A stretch of 64,000 bases of DNA from the human T2T-CHM13v2.0 reference genome, Homo sapiens. A model generated the notes under the pieces. That model was not told the origin of the DNA. It did no database searches and saw nothing but the letters and a program-made list of their open reading frames with translations. Position 1 is the first letter of the stretch, and every line of letters starts with the position of its first letter. The position numbers and the translations under genes were made by a program. Positions 13,936-27,800 of the stretch are shown piece by piece. Location: assembly GCF_009914755.1 (NCBI RefSeq), contig NC_060925.1; one strand, given 5' to 3'.

Positions 13936-15635
13936 CCTTAGACAGAGCAGATTTGAAACACTCTATTTGTGCAATTTCCAAGTGTAGATTTCAAGCGCTT
14001 TAAGGTCAACGGCAGAAAAGGAAATATCTTCGTTTCAAAACTAGACAGAATCATTCCCACAAACTGCGTTGTGATGTGTTCGTTCAACTCACAGAGTTTA
14101 ACCTTTCTTTTCATAGAGCAGTTAGGAAACACTCTCTTTGTAAAGTCTGTAAGTGGATATTCTGATATCTTGTGGCCTTCGTTGGAAACGGGATTTCTTC
14201 ATATTATGCTAGACAGAAGAATTCTCAGTAACTTCCTTGTGTTGTGTGTATTCAACTCACAGAGTTGAACGATCCTTTACACAGAGCAGACTTGAAACAC
14301 TCTTTTTGTGGAATTTGCAAGTGGAGATTTCAGCCGCTTTGAGGTCAATGGTAGAAAAGGAAACTATCTTCATATAAAGACTAGACAGAATGATTCTCAG
14401 AAAATCTTTTGTGATGTGTGCGTTCAACTCACAGAGTTTAACTTTTCTTCTCATAGAGCAGTTAGGAAACACTCTGTTTGTAAAGTCTGCAAGTGGATAT
14501 TCAGACCTGTTTGAGGCCTTCGTTGGAAACGGGATTTCTTCATATTATGCTAGACAGAATAATTCTCAGTAACTTCCTTGTGTTGTGTGTATTCAACTCA
14601 CAGAGTTGAAGGATCCTTTACAGAGAGCAGGCTTGAAACACTCTTTTTGTCGAATTTGCAAGTGGAGATTTCAGCCGCTTTGAGGTCAATGGTAGAATAG
14701 GAAATATCTTCTTATAGAAACTAGACAAAATGATTCTCATGAACTCCTTTGTGATGTGTGCGTTCAACTCACAGAGTTTAACCTTTCTTTTCATAGAGCA
14801 GTTAGGAAACACTCTGTTTGTAAAGTCTGCAAGTGGATATTCAGACCTCCTTGAGGCCTTCGTTGGAAACGGGATTTCTTCATATTCTGCTAGACAGAAG
14901 AATTCTCAGTAACTTCCTTGTGTTGTGTGTATTCAACTCACAGAGTTGAACGATCCTTTACACAGAGCAGACTTGAAACATTCTTTTTGTGGAATTTGCA
15001 AGTGGAGATTTCAGCCGCTTTGAGGTCAATGGTAGAATAGGAAATATCTTCCTATAGAAACTAGACAGAACGATTCTCAGAAACTCCTTTGTGATGTGTG
15101 CGTTCAACTCACAGAGTTTAACCTTTCTTTTCATAGAGCAGTTAGGAAACACTCTGTTTGTAAAGTCTGCAAGTGGATATTGAGACCTCTTTGAGGCCTT
15201 CGTTGGAAACGGGATTTCTTCCTATTCTGCTAGACAGAAGAATTCTCAGTAACTTCCTTGTGTTGTGTGTATTCAACTCACAGAGTTGAACTTTCATTTG
15301 GAGAGAGCAGATTTGAAACACTGTTTTTGTGGAATTTGCAAGTGGAGATTTCAAGCGCTTTGGGGCCAAAGGCAGAAAAGGAAATATCTTCGTATAAAAA
15401 CTAGACAGAATCATTCTCAGAAACTGCTGCGTGATGTGTGCGTTCAACTCTCAGAGTTTAACTTTTCTTTTCATTCAGCGGTTTGGAAACACTCTGTTTG
15501 TAAAGTCTGCACGTGGATATTTTGACCACTTAGAGGCCTTCGTTGGAAACGGGTTTTTTTCATGTAAGGCTAGACAGAAGAATTCCCAGTAACTTCCTTG
15601 TGTTGTGTGCATTCAACTCACAGAGTTGAACGTTC
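13936..15635 (+). repeat. 10-mer HOR variant A-B-C-D-F
   Basis: 1700 bp. It occupies the slot of the 8-mer in super-repeat copy 2 and shares the TATTGAGACC marker at the D-F junction. Confidence 0.82.
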
Positions 15636-18600
15636 CCTTAGACAGAGCAGATTTGAAACACTCTATTTGTGCAATTTGCAAGTGTAGATTTCAAGCGCTT
15701 TAAGGTCAACGGCAGAAAAGGAAATATCTTCGTTTCAAAACTAGACAGAATCATTCCCACAAACTGCGTTGTGATGTGTACGTTCAACTCACAGAGTTTA
15801 ACCTTTCTGTTCATAGAGCAGTTAGGAAACACTCTGTTTATAAAGTCTGTAAGTGGATATTCTGACATCTTGTGGCCTTCGTTGGAAACGGGATTTCTTC
15901 ATATTCTGCTAGACAGAAGAATTCTCAGTAACTTCCTTGTGTTGTGTGTATTCAACTCACAGAGTTGAAGGATCCTTTACAGAGAGGAGGCTTGAAACCC
16001 TCTTTTTGTCGAATTTGCAAGTGGAGATTTCAGCCGCTTTGAGGTCAATGGTAGAATAGGAAATTTCTTCTTATAGAAACTAGACAAAATGATTCTCATG
16101 AACTCCTTTGTGATGTGTGCGTTCAACTCACAGAGTTTAACCTTTCTTTTCATAGAGCAGTTAGGAAACACTCTGTTTGTAAAGTCTGCAAGTGGATATT
16201 CAGACCCCTTTGAGGCCTTCGTTGGAAACGGGATTTCTTCATATTCTGCTAGACAGAAGAATTCTCAGTAACTTCCTTGTGTTGTGTTTATTCAACTCAC
16301 AGAGTTGAATGATCCTTTACACAGAGCAGACTTGAAACACTCTTTTTGTGGAATTTGCAAGTGGAGATTTCAGCCGCTTTCAGGTCAACGGTAGAAAAGT
16401 AAATATCTTCGTATAAAGACTAGACAGAATGATTCTCAGAAACTCCTTTGTGATGTGTGCGTTCAACTCACAGAGTTTAACCTTTCTGTTCATAGAGCAG
16501 TTAGGAAACACTCTGTTTGTAAAGTCTGCAAGTGGATATTCAGACCTCTTTGAGGCCTTCGTTGGAAACGGGATTTCTTCATATTCTGCTAGACAGAAGA
16601 ATTCTCAGTAACTTCCTTGTGTTGTGTGTATTCAACTCACAGAGTTGAACGATCCTTTACACAGAGCAGACTTGAAACACTCTTTTTGTGGAATTTGCAA
16701 GAGGAGATTTCAGCCGCTTTGAGGTCAATAGTAGAAAAGGAAATATCTTCGTAGAAAAACTAGACAGAATGATTCTCAGAAACTCCTTTGTGATGTGTGT
16801 GTTCAACTCACAGAGTTTAACCTTTCTTTTCATAGAGCAGTTAGTAAACACTCTGTTTATAAAGTCTGCAAGTGGATATTCAGACCCCTTTGAGGCCTTC
16901 GTTGGAAACGGGATTTCTTCATATTATGCTAGACAGAAGAATTCTCAGTAACTTCCTTGTGTTGTGTGTATTCAACTGACAGAGTTGAACTTTCATTTGG
17001 AGAGAGCAGATTTGAAACACTGTTTTTGTGGAATTTGCAAGTGGAGATTTCAAGCGCTTTGGGGCCAAAGGCAGAAAAGGAAATATCTTCGTATAAAAAC
17101 TAGACAGAATCATTCTCAGAAACTGCTGCGTGATGTGTGCGTTCAACTCTCAGAGTTTAACCTTTCTTTTCATTCAGCGGTTTGGAAACACTCTGTTTGT
17201 AAAGTCTGCACGTGGATATTTTGACCACTTAGAGGCCTTCGTTGGAAACGGGTTTTTTTCATGTAAGGCTAGACAGAAGAATTCCCAGTAACTTCCTTGT
17301 GTTGTGTGCATTCAACTCACAGAGTTGAACGTTCCCTTAGACAGAGCAGATTTGAAACACTCTATTTGTGCAATTTGCAAGTGTAGATTTCAAGCGCTTT
17401 AAGGTCAACGGCAGAAAAGGAAATATCTTCGTTTCAAAACTAGACAGAATCATTCCCACAAACTGCGTTGTGATGTGTTCGTTCAACTCACAGAGTTTAA
17501 CCTTTCTGTTCATAGAGCAGTTAGGAAACACTCTGTTTGTAAAGTCTGTAAGTGGATATTCTGATATCTTGTGGCCTTCGTTGGAAACGGGATTTCTTCA
17601 TATTCTGCTAGACAGAAGAATTCTCAGTAACTTCCTTGTGTTGTGTGTATTCAACTCACAGAGTTGAACGATCCTTTACACAGAGCAGACTTGAAACACT
17701 CTTTTTGTGGAATTTGCAAGTGGAGATTTCAGCCGCTTTGAGGTCAATGGTAGAAAAGGAAACTATCTTCATATAAAGACTAGACAGAATGATTCTCAGA
17801 AAATCTTTTGTGATGTGTGCGTTCAACTCACAGAGTTTAACTTTTCTTCTCATAGAGCAGTTAGGAAACACTCTGTTTGTAAAGTCTGCAAGTGGATATT
17901 CAGACCTGTTTGAGGCCTTCGTTGGAAAAGGGATTTCTTCATATTATGCTAGACAGAATAATTCTCAGTAACTTCCTTGTGTTGTGTGTATTCAACTCAC
18001 AGAGTTGAAGGATCCTTTACAGAGAGCAGGCTTGAAACACTCTTTTTGTCGAATTTGCAAGTGGAGATTTCAGCCGCTTTGAGGTCAATGGTAGAATAGG
18101 AAATATCTTCTTATAGAAACTAGACAAAATGATTCTCATGAACTCCTTTGTGATGTGTGCGTTCAACTCACAGAGTTTAACCTTTCTTTTCATAGAGCAG
18201 TTAGGAAACACTCTGTTTGTAAAGTCTGCAAGTGGATATTCAGACCTCCTTGAGGCCTTCGTTGGAAACGGGATTTCTTCATATTCTGCTAGACAGAAGA
18301 ATTCTCAGTAACTTCCTTGTGTTGTGTGTATTCAACTCACAGAGTTGAACGATCCTTTACACAGAGCAGACTTGAAACATTCTTTTTGTGGAATTTGCAA
18401 GTGGAGATTTCAGCCGCTTTGAGGTCAATGGTAGAATAGGAAATATCTTCCTATAGAAACTAGACAGAACGATTCTCAGAAACTCCTTTGTGATGTGTGC
18501 GTTCAACTCACAGAGTTTAACCTTTCTTTTCATAGAGCAGTTAGGAAACACTCTGTTTGTAAAGTCTGCAAGTGGATATTCAGACCTCTTTGAGGCCTTC

Positions 18601-21600
18601 GTTGGAAACGGGATTTCTTCCTATTCTGCTAGACAGAAGAATTCTCAGTAACTTCCTTGTGTTGTGTGTATTCAACTCACAGAGTTGAACGATCCTTTAC
18701 ACAGAGCAGACTTGAAACACTCTTTTTGTGGAATTTGCAAGTGGAGATTTCAGCCGCTTTGAGGTCAATAGTAGAAAAGGAAATATCTTCGTAGAAAAAC
18801 TAGACAGAATGATTCTCAGAAACTCCTTTGTGATGTGTGTGTTCAACTCACAGAGTTTAACCTTTCTTTTCATAGAGCAGTTAGTAAACACTCTGTTTAT
18901 AAAGTCTGCAAGTGGATATTCAGACCCCTTTGAGGCCTTCGTTGGAAACGGGATTTCTTCATATTATGCTAGACAGAAGAATTCTCAGTAACTTCCTTGT
19001 GTTGTGTGTATTCAACTCACAGAGTTGAACTTTCATTTGGAGAGAGCAGATTTGAAACACTGTTTTTGTGGAATTTGCAAGTGGAGATTTCAAGCGCTTT
19101 GGGGCCAAAGGCAGAAAAGGAAATATCTTCGTATAAAAACTAGACAGAATCATTCTCAGAAACTGCTGCGTGATGTGTGCGTTCAACTCTCAGAGTTTAA
19201 CTTTTCTTTTCATTCAGCGGTTTGGAAACACTCTGTTTGTAAAGTCTGCACGTGGATATTTTGACCACTTAGAGGCCTTCGTTGGAAACGGGTTTTTTCA
19301 TGTAAGGCTAGACAGAAGAGTTCCCAGTAACTTCCTTGTGTTGTGTGCATTCAACTCACAGAGTTGAACGTTCCCTTAGACAGAGCAGATTTGAAACACT
19401 CTATTTGTGCAATTTGCAAGTGTAGATTTCAAGCGCTTTAAGGTCAACGGCAGAAAAGGAAATATCTTCGTTTCAAAACTAGACAGAATCATTCCCACAA
19501 ACTGCGTTGTGATGTGTTCGTTCAACTCACAGAGTTTAACCTTTCTGTTCATAGAGCAGTTAGGAAACACTCTGTTTGTAAAGTCTGTAAGTGGATATTC
19601 TGATATCTTGTGGCCTTCGTTGGAAACGGGATTTCTTCATATTCTGCTAGACAGAAGAATTCTCAGTAACTTCCTTGTGTTGTGTGTATTCAACTCACAG
19701 AGTTGAACGATCCTTTACACAGAGCAGACTTGAAACACTCTTTTTGTGGAATTTGCAAGTGGAGATTTCAGCCGCTTTGAGGTCAATGGTAGAAAAGGAA
19801 ACTATCTTCATATAAAGACTAGACAGAATGATTCTCAGAAAATCTTTTGTGATGTGTGCGTTCAACTCACAGAGTTTAACTTTTCTTCTCATAGAGCAGT
19901 TAGGAAACACTCTGTTTGTAAAGTCTGCAAGTGGATATTCAGACCTGTTTGAGGCCTTCGTTGGAAACGGGATTTCTTCATATTATGCTAGACAGAATAA
20001 TTCTCAGTAACTTCCTTGTGTTGTGTGTATTCAACTCACAGAGTTGAAGGATCCTTTACAGAGAGCAGGCTTGAAACACTCTTTTTGTCGAATTTGCAAG
20101 TGGAGATTTCAGCCGCTTTGAGGTCAATGGTAGAATAGGAAATATCTTCTTATAGAAACTAGACAAAATGATTCTCATGAACTCCTTTGTGATGTGTGCG
20201 TTCAACTCACAGAGTTTAACCTTTCTTTTCATAGAGCAGTTAGGAAACACTCTGTTTGTAAAGTCTGCAAGTGGATATTCAGACCTCCTTGAGGCCTTCG
20301 TTGGAAACGGGATTTCTTCATATTCTGCTAGACAGAAGAATTCTCAGTAACTTCCTTGTGTTGTGTGTATTCAACTCACAGAGTTGAACGATCCTTTACA
20401 CAGAGCAGACTTGAAACACTCTTTTTGTGGAATTTGCAAGTGGAGATTTCAGCCGCTTTGAGGTCAATAGTAGAAAAGGAAATATCTTCGTAGAAAAACT
20501 AGACAGAATGATTCTCAGAAACTCCTTTGTGATGTGTGTGTTCAACTCACAGAGTTTAACCTTTCTTTTCATAGAGCAGTTAGTAAACACTCTGTTTATA
20601 AAGTCTGCAAGTGGATATTCAGACCCCTTTGAGGCCTTCGTTGGAAACGGGATTTCTTCATATTATGCTAGACAGAAGAATTCTCAGTAACTTCCTTGTG
20701 TTGTGTGTATTCAACTGACAGAGTTGAACTTTCATTTGGAGAGAGCAGATTTGAAACACTGTTTTTGTGGAATTTGCAAGTGGAGATTTCAAGCGCTTTG
20801 GGGCCAAAGGCAGAAAAGGAAATATCTTCGTATAAAAACTAGACAGAATCATTCTCAGAAACTGCTGCGTGATGTGTGCGTTCAACTCTCAGAGTTTAAC
20901 TTTTCTTTTCATTCAGCGGTTTGGAAACACTCTGTTTGTAAAGTCTGCACGTGGATATTTTGACCACTTAGAGGCCTTCGTTGGAAACGGGTTTTTTTCA
21001 TGTAAGGCTAGACAGAAGAATTCCCAGTAACTTCCTTGTGTTGTGTGCATTCAACTCACAGAGTTGAACGTTCCCTTAGACAGAGCAGATTTGAAACACT
21101 CTATTTGTGCAATTTGCAAGTGTAGATTTCAAGCGCTTTAAGGTCAACGGCAGAAAAGGAAATATCTTCGTTTCAAAACTAGACAGAATCATTCCCACAA
21201 ACTGCGTTGTGATGTGTACGTTCAACTCACAGAGTTTAACCTTTCTGTTCATAGAGCAGTTAGGAAACACTCTGTTTGTAAAGTCTGTAAGTGGATATTC
21301 TGACATCTTGTGGCCTTCGTTGGAAACGGGATTTCTTCATATTCTGCTAGACAGAAGAATTCTCAGTAACTTCCTTGTGTTGTGTGTATTCAACTCACAG
21401 AGTTGAAGGATCCTTTACAGAGAGGAGGCTTGAAACCCTCTTTTTGTCGAATTTGCAAGTGGAGATTTCAGCCGCTTTGAGGTCAATGGTAGAATAGGAA
21501 ATTTCTTCTTATAGAAACTAGACAAAATGATTCTCATGAACTCCTTTGTGATGTGTGCGTTCAACTCACAGAGTTTAACCTTTCTTTTCATAGAGCAGTT

Positions 21601-22772
21601 AGGAAACACTCTGTTTGTAAAGTCTGCAAGTGGATATTCAGACCCCTTTGAGGCCTTCGTTGGAAACGGGATTTCTTCATATTCTGCTAGACAGAAGAAT
21701 TCTCAGTAACTTCCTTGTGTTGTGTTTATTCAACTCACAGAGTTGAATGATCCTTTACACAGAGCAGACTTGAAACACTCTTTTTGTGGAATTTGCAAGT
21801 GGAGATTTCAGCCGCTTTGAGGTCAATGGTAGAAAAGTAAATATCTTCGTATAAAGACTAGACAGAATGATTCTCAGAAACTCCTATGTGATGTGTGCGT
21901 TCAACTCACAGAGTTTAACCTTTCTGTTCATAGAGCAGTTAGGAAACACTCTGTTTGTAAAGTCTGCAAGTGGATATTCAGACCTCCTTGAGGCCTTCTT
22001 TGGAAACGGGGTTTCTTCATATTCTGCTAGACAGAAGAATTCTCAGTAACTTCCTTGTGTTGTGTGTATTCAACTCACAGAGTTGAACGATCCTTTACAC
22101 AGAGCAGACTTGAAACACTCTTTTTGTGGAATTTGCAAGTGGAGATTTCAGCCGCTTTGAGGTCAATGGTAGAAAAGGAAATATCTTCGTATAAAGACTA
22201 GACAGAACGATTCTCAGAAACTCCTTTGTGATGTGTGCGTTCAACTCACAGAGTTTAACTTTTCTTTTCATAGAGCAGTTAGTAAACACTCTGTATATAA
22301 AGTCTGCAAGTGGATATTCAGACCCCTTTGAGGCCTTCGTTGGAAACGGGATTTCTTCATATTATGCTAGACAGAAGAATTCTCAGTAACTTCCTTGTGT
22401 TGTGTGTATTCAACTGACAGAGTTGAACTTTCATTTAGAGAGAGCAGATTTGAAACACTGTTTTTGTGGAATTTGTAAGTGGAGATTTCAAGCGCTTTGG
22501 GGCCAAAGGCAGAAAAGGAAATATCTTCGTATAAAAACTAGACAGAATCATTCTCAGAAACTGCTGCGTGATGTGTGCATTCAACTCTCAGAGTTTAACT
22601 TTTCTTTTCATTCAGCGGTTTGGAAACACTATGTTTGTAAAGTCTGCACGTGGATATTTTGACCACTTAGAGGCCTTCGTTGGAAACGGGATTTTTTCAT
22701 GTAAGGCTAGACAGAAGAATTCCCAGTAACTTCCTTGTGTTGTGTGCATTCAACTCACAGAGTTGAACGTTC

Positions 22773-24812
22773 CCTTAGACAGAGCAGATTTGAAACACTC
22801 TATTTGTGCAATTTCCAAGTGTAGATTTCAAGCGCTTTAAGGTCAACGGCAGAAAAGGAAATATCTTCGTTTCAAAACTAGACAGAATCATTCCCACAAA
22901 CTGCGTTGTGATGTGTTCGTTCAACTCACAGAGTATAACCTTTCTGTTCATAGAGCAGTTAGGAAACACTCTGTTTGTAAAGTCTGTAAGTGGATATTCT
23001 GACATCTTGTGGCCTTCGTTGGAAACGGGATTTCTTCATATTCTGCTAGACAGAAGAATTCTCAGTAACTTCCTTGTGTTGTGTGTATTCAACTCACAGA
23101 GTTGAACGATCCTTTACACAGAGCAGACTTGAAACACTCTTTTTGTGGAATTTGCAAGTGGAGATTTCAGCCGCTTTGAGGTCAATGGTAGAAAAGGAAG
23201 CTATCTTCATATAAAGACTAGACAGAATGATTCTCAGAAAATCTTTTGTGATGTGTGCGTTCAACTCACAGAGTTTAACTTTTCTTCTCATAGAGCAGTT
23301 AGGAAACACTCTGTTTGTAAAGTCTGCAAGTGGATATTCAGACCTCTTTGAGGCCTTCGTTGGAAACGGGATTTCTTCATATTATGCTAGACAGAATAAT
23401 TCTCAGTAACTTCCTTGTGTTGTGTGTATTCAACTCACAGAGTTGAAGGATCCTTTACAGAGAGCAGGCTTGAAACACTCTTTTTGTCGAATTTGCAAGT
23501 GGAGATTTCAGCCGCTTTGAGGTCAATGGTAGAATAGGAAATATCTTCTTATAGAAACTAGACAGAATGATTCTCATAAACTCCTTTGTGATGTGTGCGT
23601 TCAACTCACAGAGTTTAACCTTTCTTTTCATAGAGCAGTTAGGAAACACTCTGTTTGAAAAGTCTGCAAGTGGATATTCAGACCTCCTTGAGGCCTTCGT
23701 TGGAAACGGGATTTCTTCATATTCTGCTAGACAGAAGAATTCTCAGTAACTTCCTTGTGTTGTGTTTATTCAACTCACAGAGTTGAATGATCCTTTACAC
23801 AGAGCAGACTTGAAACACTCTTTTTGTGGAATTTGCAAGTGGAGATTTCAGCCGCTTTGAGGTCAATGGTAGAAAAGTAAATATCTTCGTATAAAGACTA
23901 GACAGAATGATTCTCAGAAACTCCTTTGTGATGTGTGCGTTCAACTCACAGAGTTTAACCTTTCTGTTCATAGAGCAGTTAGGAAACACTCTGTTTGTAA
24001 AGTCTGCAAGTGGATATTCAGACCTCCTTGAGGCCTTCGTTGGAAACGGGATTTCTTCATATTCTGCTAGACAGAAGAATTCTCAGTAACTTCCTTGTGT
24101 TGTGTGTATTCAACTCACAGAGTTGAACGATCCTTTACACAGAGCAGACTTGAAACACTCTTTTTGTGGAATTTGCAAGTGGAAATTTCAGCCGCTTTGA
24201 GGTCAATAGTAGAAAAGGAAATATCTTCGTAGAAAAACTAGACAGAATGATTCTCAGAAACTCCTTTGTGATGTGTGTGTTCAACTCACAGAGTTTAACC
24301 TTTCTTTTCATAGAGCAGTTAGTAAACACTCTGTTTATAAAGTCTGCAAGTGGATATTCAGACCCCTTTGAGGCCTTCGTTGGAAACGGGATTTCTTCAT
24401 ATTATGCTAGACAGAAGAATTCTCAGTAACTTCCTTGTGTTGTGTGTATTCAACTGACAGAGTTGAACTTTCATTTGGAGAGAGCAGATTTGAAACACTG
24501 TTTTTGTGGAATTTGCAAGTGGAGATTTCAAGCGCTTTGGGGCCAAAGGCAGAAAAGGAAATATCTTCGTATAAAAACTAGACAGAATCATTCTCAGAAA
24601 CTGCTGCGTGATGTGTGCGTTCAACTCTCAGAGTTTAACCTTTCTTTTCATTCAGCGGTTTGGAAACACTCTGTTTGTAAAGTCTGCACGTGGATATTTT
24701 GACCACTTAGAGGCCTTCGTTGGAAACGGGTTTTTTTCATGTAAGGCTAGACAGAAGAATTCCCAGTAACTTCCTTGTGTTGTGTGCATTCAACTCACAG
24801 AGTTGAACGTTC
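22773..24812 (+). repeat. 12-mer HOR variant A-B-C-G-E-F (also at 26853, 32632, 34672, 38752, 57760)
   Basis: 2038-2040 bp. G replaces D, and C carries CTCATAAAC and usually GTTTGAAAAG. Confidence 0.88.
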
Positions 24813-27800
24813 CCTTAGACAGAGCAGATTTGAAACACTCTATTTGTGCAATTTGCAAGTGTAGATTTCAAGCGCTTTAAGGTCAACGGCAGAAAAGGAA
24901 ATATCTTCGTTTCAAAACTAGACAGAATCATTCCCACAAACTGCGTTGTGATGTGTTCGTTCAACTCACAGAGTTTAACCTTTCTGTTCATAGAGCAGTT
25001 AGGAAACACTCTGTTTGTAAAGTCTGTAAGTGGATATTCTGATATCTTGTGGCCTTCGTTGGAAACGGGATTTCTTCATATTCTGCTAGACAGAAGAATT
25101 CTCAGTAACTTCCTTGTGTTGTGTGTATTCAACTCACAGAGTTGAACGATCCTTTACACAGAGCAGACTTGAAACACTCTTTTTGTGGAATTTGCAAGTG
25201 GAGATTTCAGCCGCTTTGAGGTCAATGGTAGAAAAGGAAACTATCTTCATATAAAGACTAGACAGAATGATTCTCAGAAAATCTTTTGTGATGTGTGCGT
25301 TCAACTCACAGAGTTTAACTTTTCTTCTCATAGAGCAGTTAGGAAACACTCTGTTTGTAAAGTCTGCAAGTGGATATTCAGACCTGTTTGAGGCCTTCGT
25401 TGGAAACGGGATTTCTTCATATTATGCTAGACAGAATAATTCTCAGTAACTTCCTTGTGTTGTGTGTATTCAACTCACAGAGTTGAAGGATCCTTTACAG
25501 AGAGCAGGCTTGAAACACTCTTTTTGTCGAATTTGCAAGTGGAGATTTCAGCCGCTTTGAGGTCAATGGTAGAATAGGAAATATCTTCTTATAGAAACTA
25601 GACAAAATGATTCTCATGAACTCCTTTGTGATGTGTGCGTTCAACTCACAGAGTTTAACCTTTCTTTTCATAGAGCAGTTAGGAAACACTCTGTTTGTAA
25701 AGTCTGCAAGTGGATATTCAGACCTCCTTGAGGCCTTCGTTGGAAACGGGATTTCTTCATATTCTGCTAGACAGAAGAATTCTCAGTAACTTCCTTGTGT
25801 TGTGTGTATTCAACTCACAGAGTTGAACGATCCTTTACACAGAGCAGACTTGAAACATTCTTTTTGTGGAATTTGCAAGTGGAGATTTCAGCCGCTTTGA
25901 GGTCAATGGTAGAATAGGAAATATCTTCCTATAGAAACTAGACAGAACGATTCTCAGAAACTCCTTTGTGATGTGTGCGTTCAACTCACAGAGTTTAACC
26001 TTTCTTTTCATAGAGCAGTTAGGAAACACTCTGTTTGTAAAGTCTGCAAGTGGATATTCAGACCTCTTTGAGGCCTTCGTTGGAAACGGGATTTCTTCCT
26101 ATTCTGCTAGACAGAAGAATTCTCAGTAACTTCCTTGTGTTGTGTGTATTCAACTCACAGAGTTGAACGATCCTTTACACAGAGCAGACTTGAAACACTC
26201 TTTTTGTGGAATTTGCAAGTGGAGATTTCAGCCGCTTTGAGGTCAATAGTAGAAAAGGAAATATCTTCGTAGAAAAACTAGACAGAATGATTCTCAGAAA
26301 CTCCTTTGTGATGTGTGTGTTCAACTCACAGAGTTTAACCTTTCTTTTCATAGAGCAGTTAGTAAACACTCTGTTTATAAAGTCTGCAAGTGGATATTCA
26401 GACCCCTTTGAGGCCTTCGTTGGAAACGGGATTTCTTCATATTATGCTAGACAGAAGAATTCTCAGTAACTTCCTTGTGTTGTGTGTATTCAACTGACAG
26501 AGTTGAACTTTCATTTGGAGAGAGCAGATTTGAAACACTGTTTTTGTGGAATTTGCAAGTGGAGATTTCCAGCGCTTTGGGGCCAAAGGCAGAAAAGGAA
26601 ATATCTTCGTATAAAAACTAGACAGAATCATTCTCAGAAACTGCTGCGTGATGTGTGCGTTCAACTCTCAGAGTTTAACTTTTCTTTTCATTCAGCGGTT
26701 TGGAAACACTCTGTTTGTAAAGTCTGCACGTGGATATTTTGACCACTTAGAGGCCTTCGTTGGAAACGGGTTTTTTTCATGTAAGGCTAGACAGAAGAAT
26801 TCCCAGTAACTTCCTTGTGTTGTGTGCATTCAACTCACAGAGTTGAACGTTCCCTTAGACAGAGCAGATTTGAAACACTCTATTTGTGCAATTTCCAAGT
26901 GTAGATTTCAAGCGCTTTAAGGTCAACGGCAGAAAAGGAAATATCTTCGTTTCAAAACTAGACAGAATCATTCCCACAAACTGCGTTGTGATGTGTTCGT
27001 TCAACTCACAGAGTTTAACCTTTCTGTTCATAGAGCAGTTAGGAAACACTCTGTTTGTAAAGTCTGTAAGTGGATATTCTGACATCTTGTGGCCTTCGTT
27101 GGAAACGGGATTTCTTCATATTCTGCTAGACAGAAGAATTCTCAGTAACTTCCTTGTGTTGTGTGTATTCAACTCACAGAGTTGAACGATCCTTTACACA
27201 GAGCAGACTTGAAACACTCTTTTTGTGGAATTTGCAAGTGGAGATTTCAGCCGCTTTGATGTCAATGGTAGAAAAGGAAACTATCTTCATATAAAGACTA
27301 GACAGAATGATTCTCAGAAAATCTTTTGTGATGTGTGCGTTTAACTCACAGAGTTTAACTTTTCTTCTCATAGAGCAGTTAGGAAACACTCTGTTTGTAA
27401 AGTCTGCAAGTGGATATTCAGACCTCTTTGAGGCCTTCGTTGGAAACGGGATTTCTTCATATTATGCTAGACAGAATAATTCTCAGTAACTTCCTTGTGT
27501 TGTGTGTATTCAACTCACAGAGTTGAAGGATCCTTTACAGAGAGCAGGCTTGAAACACTCTTTTTGTCGAATTTGCAAGTGGAGATTTCAGCCGCTTTGA
27601 GGTCAATGGTAGAATAGGAAATATCTTCTTATAGAAACTAGACAGAATGATTCTCATAAACTCCTTTGTGATGTGTGCGTTCAACTCACAGAGTTTAACC
27701 TTTCTTTTCATAGAGCAGTTAGGAAACACTCTGTTTGAAAAGTCTGCAAGTGGATATTCAGACCTCCTTGAGGCCTTCGTTGGAAACGGGATTTCTTCAT

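Larger units (their letters stand above)
1..23280 (+). repeat. Super-repeat of five HOR variants, ~2.7 copies (periods 8497 and 8837 bp)
   Basis: The same order of variants restarts at 1, 8498 and 17335. Private markers recur at exact offsets, e.g. the disrupted box at 4661, 13158 and 21995, and GAAGAGTTCCC with a 1-bp shorter T-run at ~1985, ~10482 and ~19319. Confidence 0.9.
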
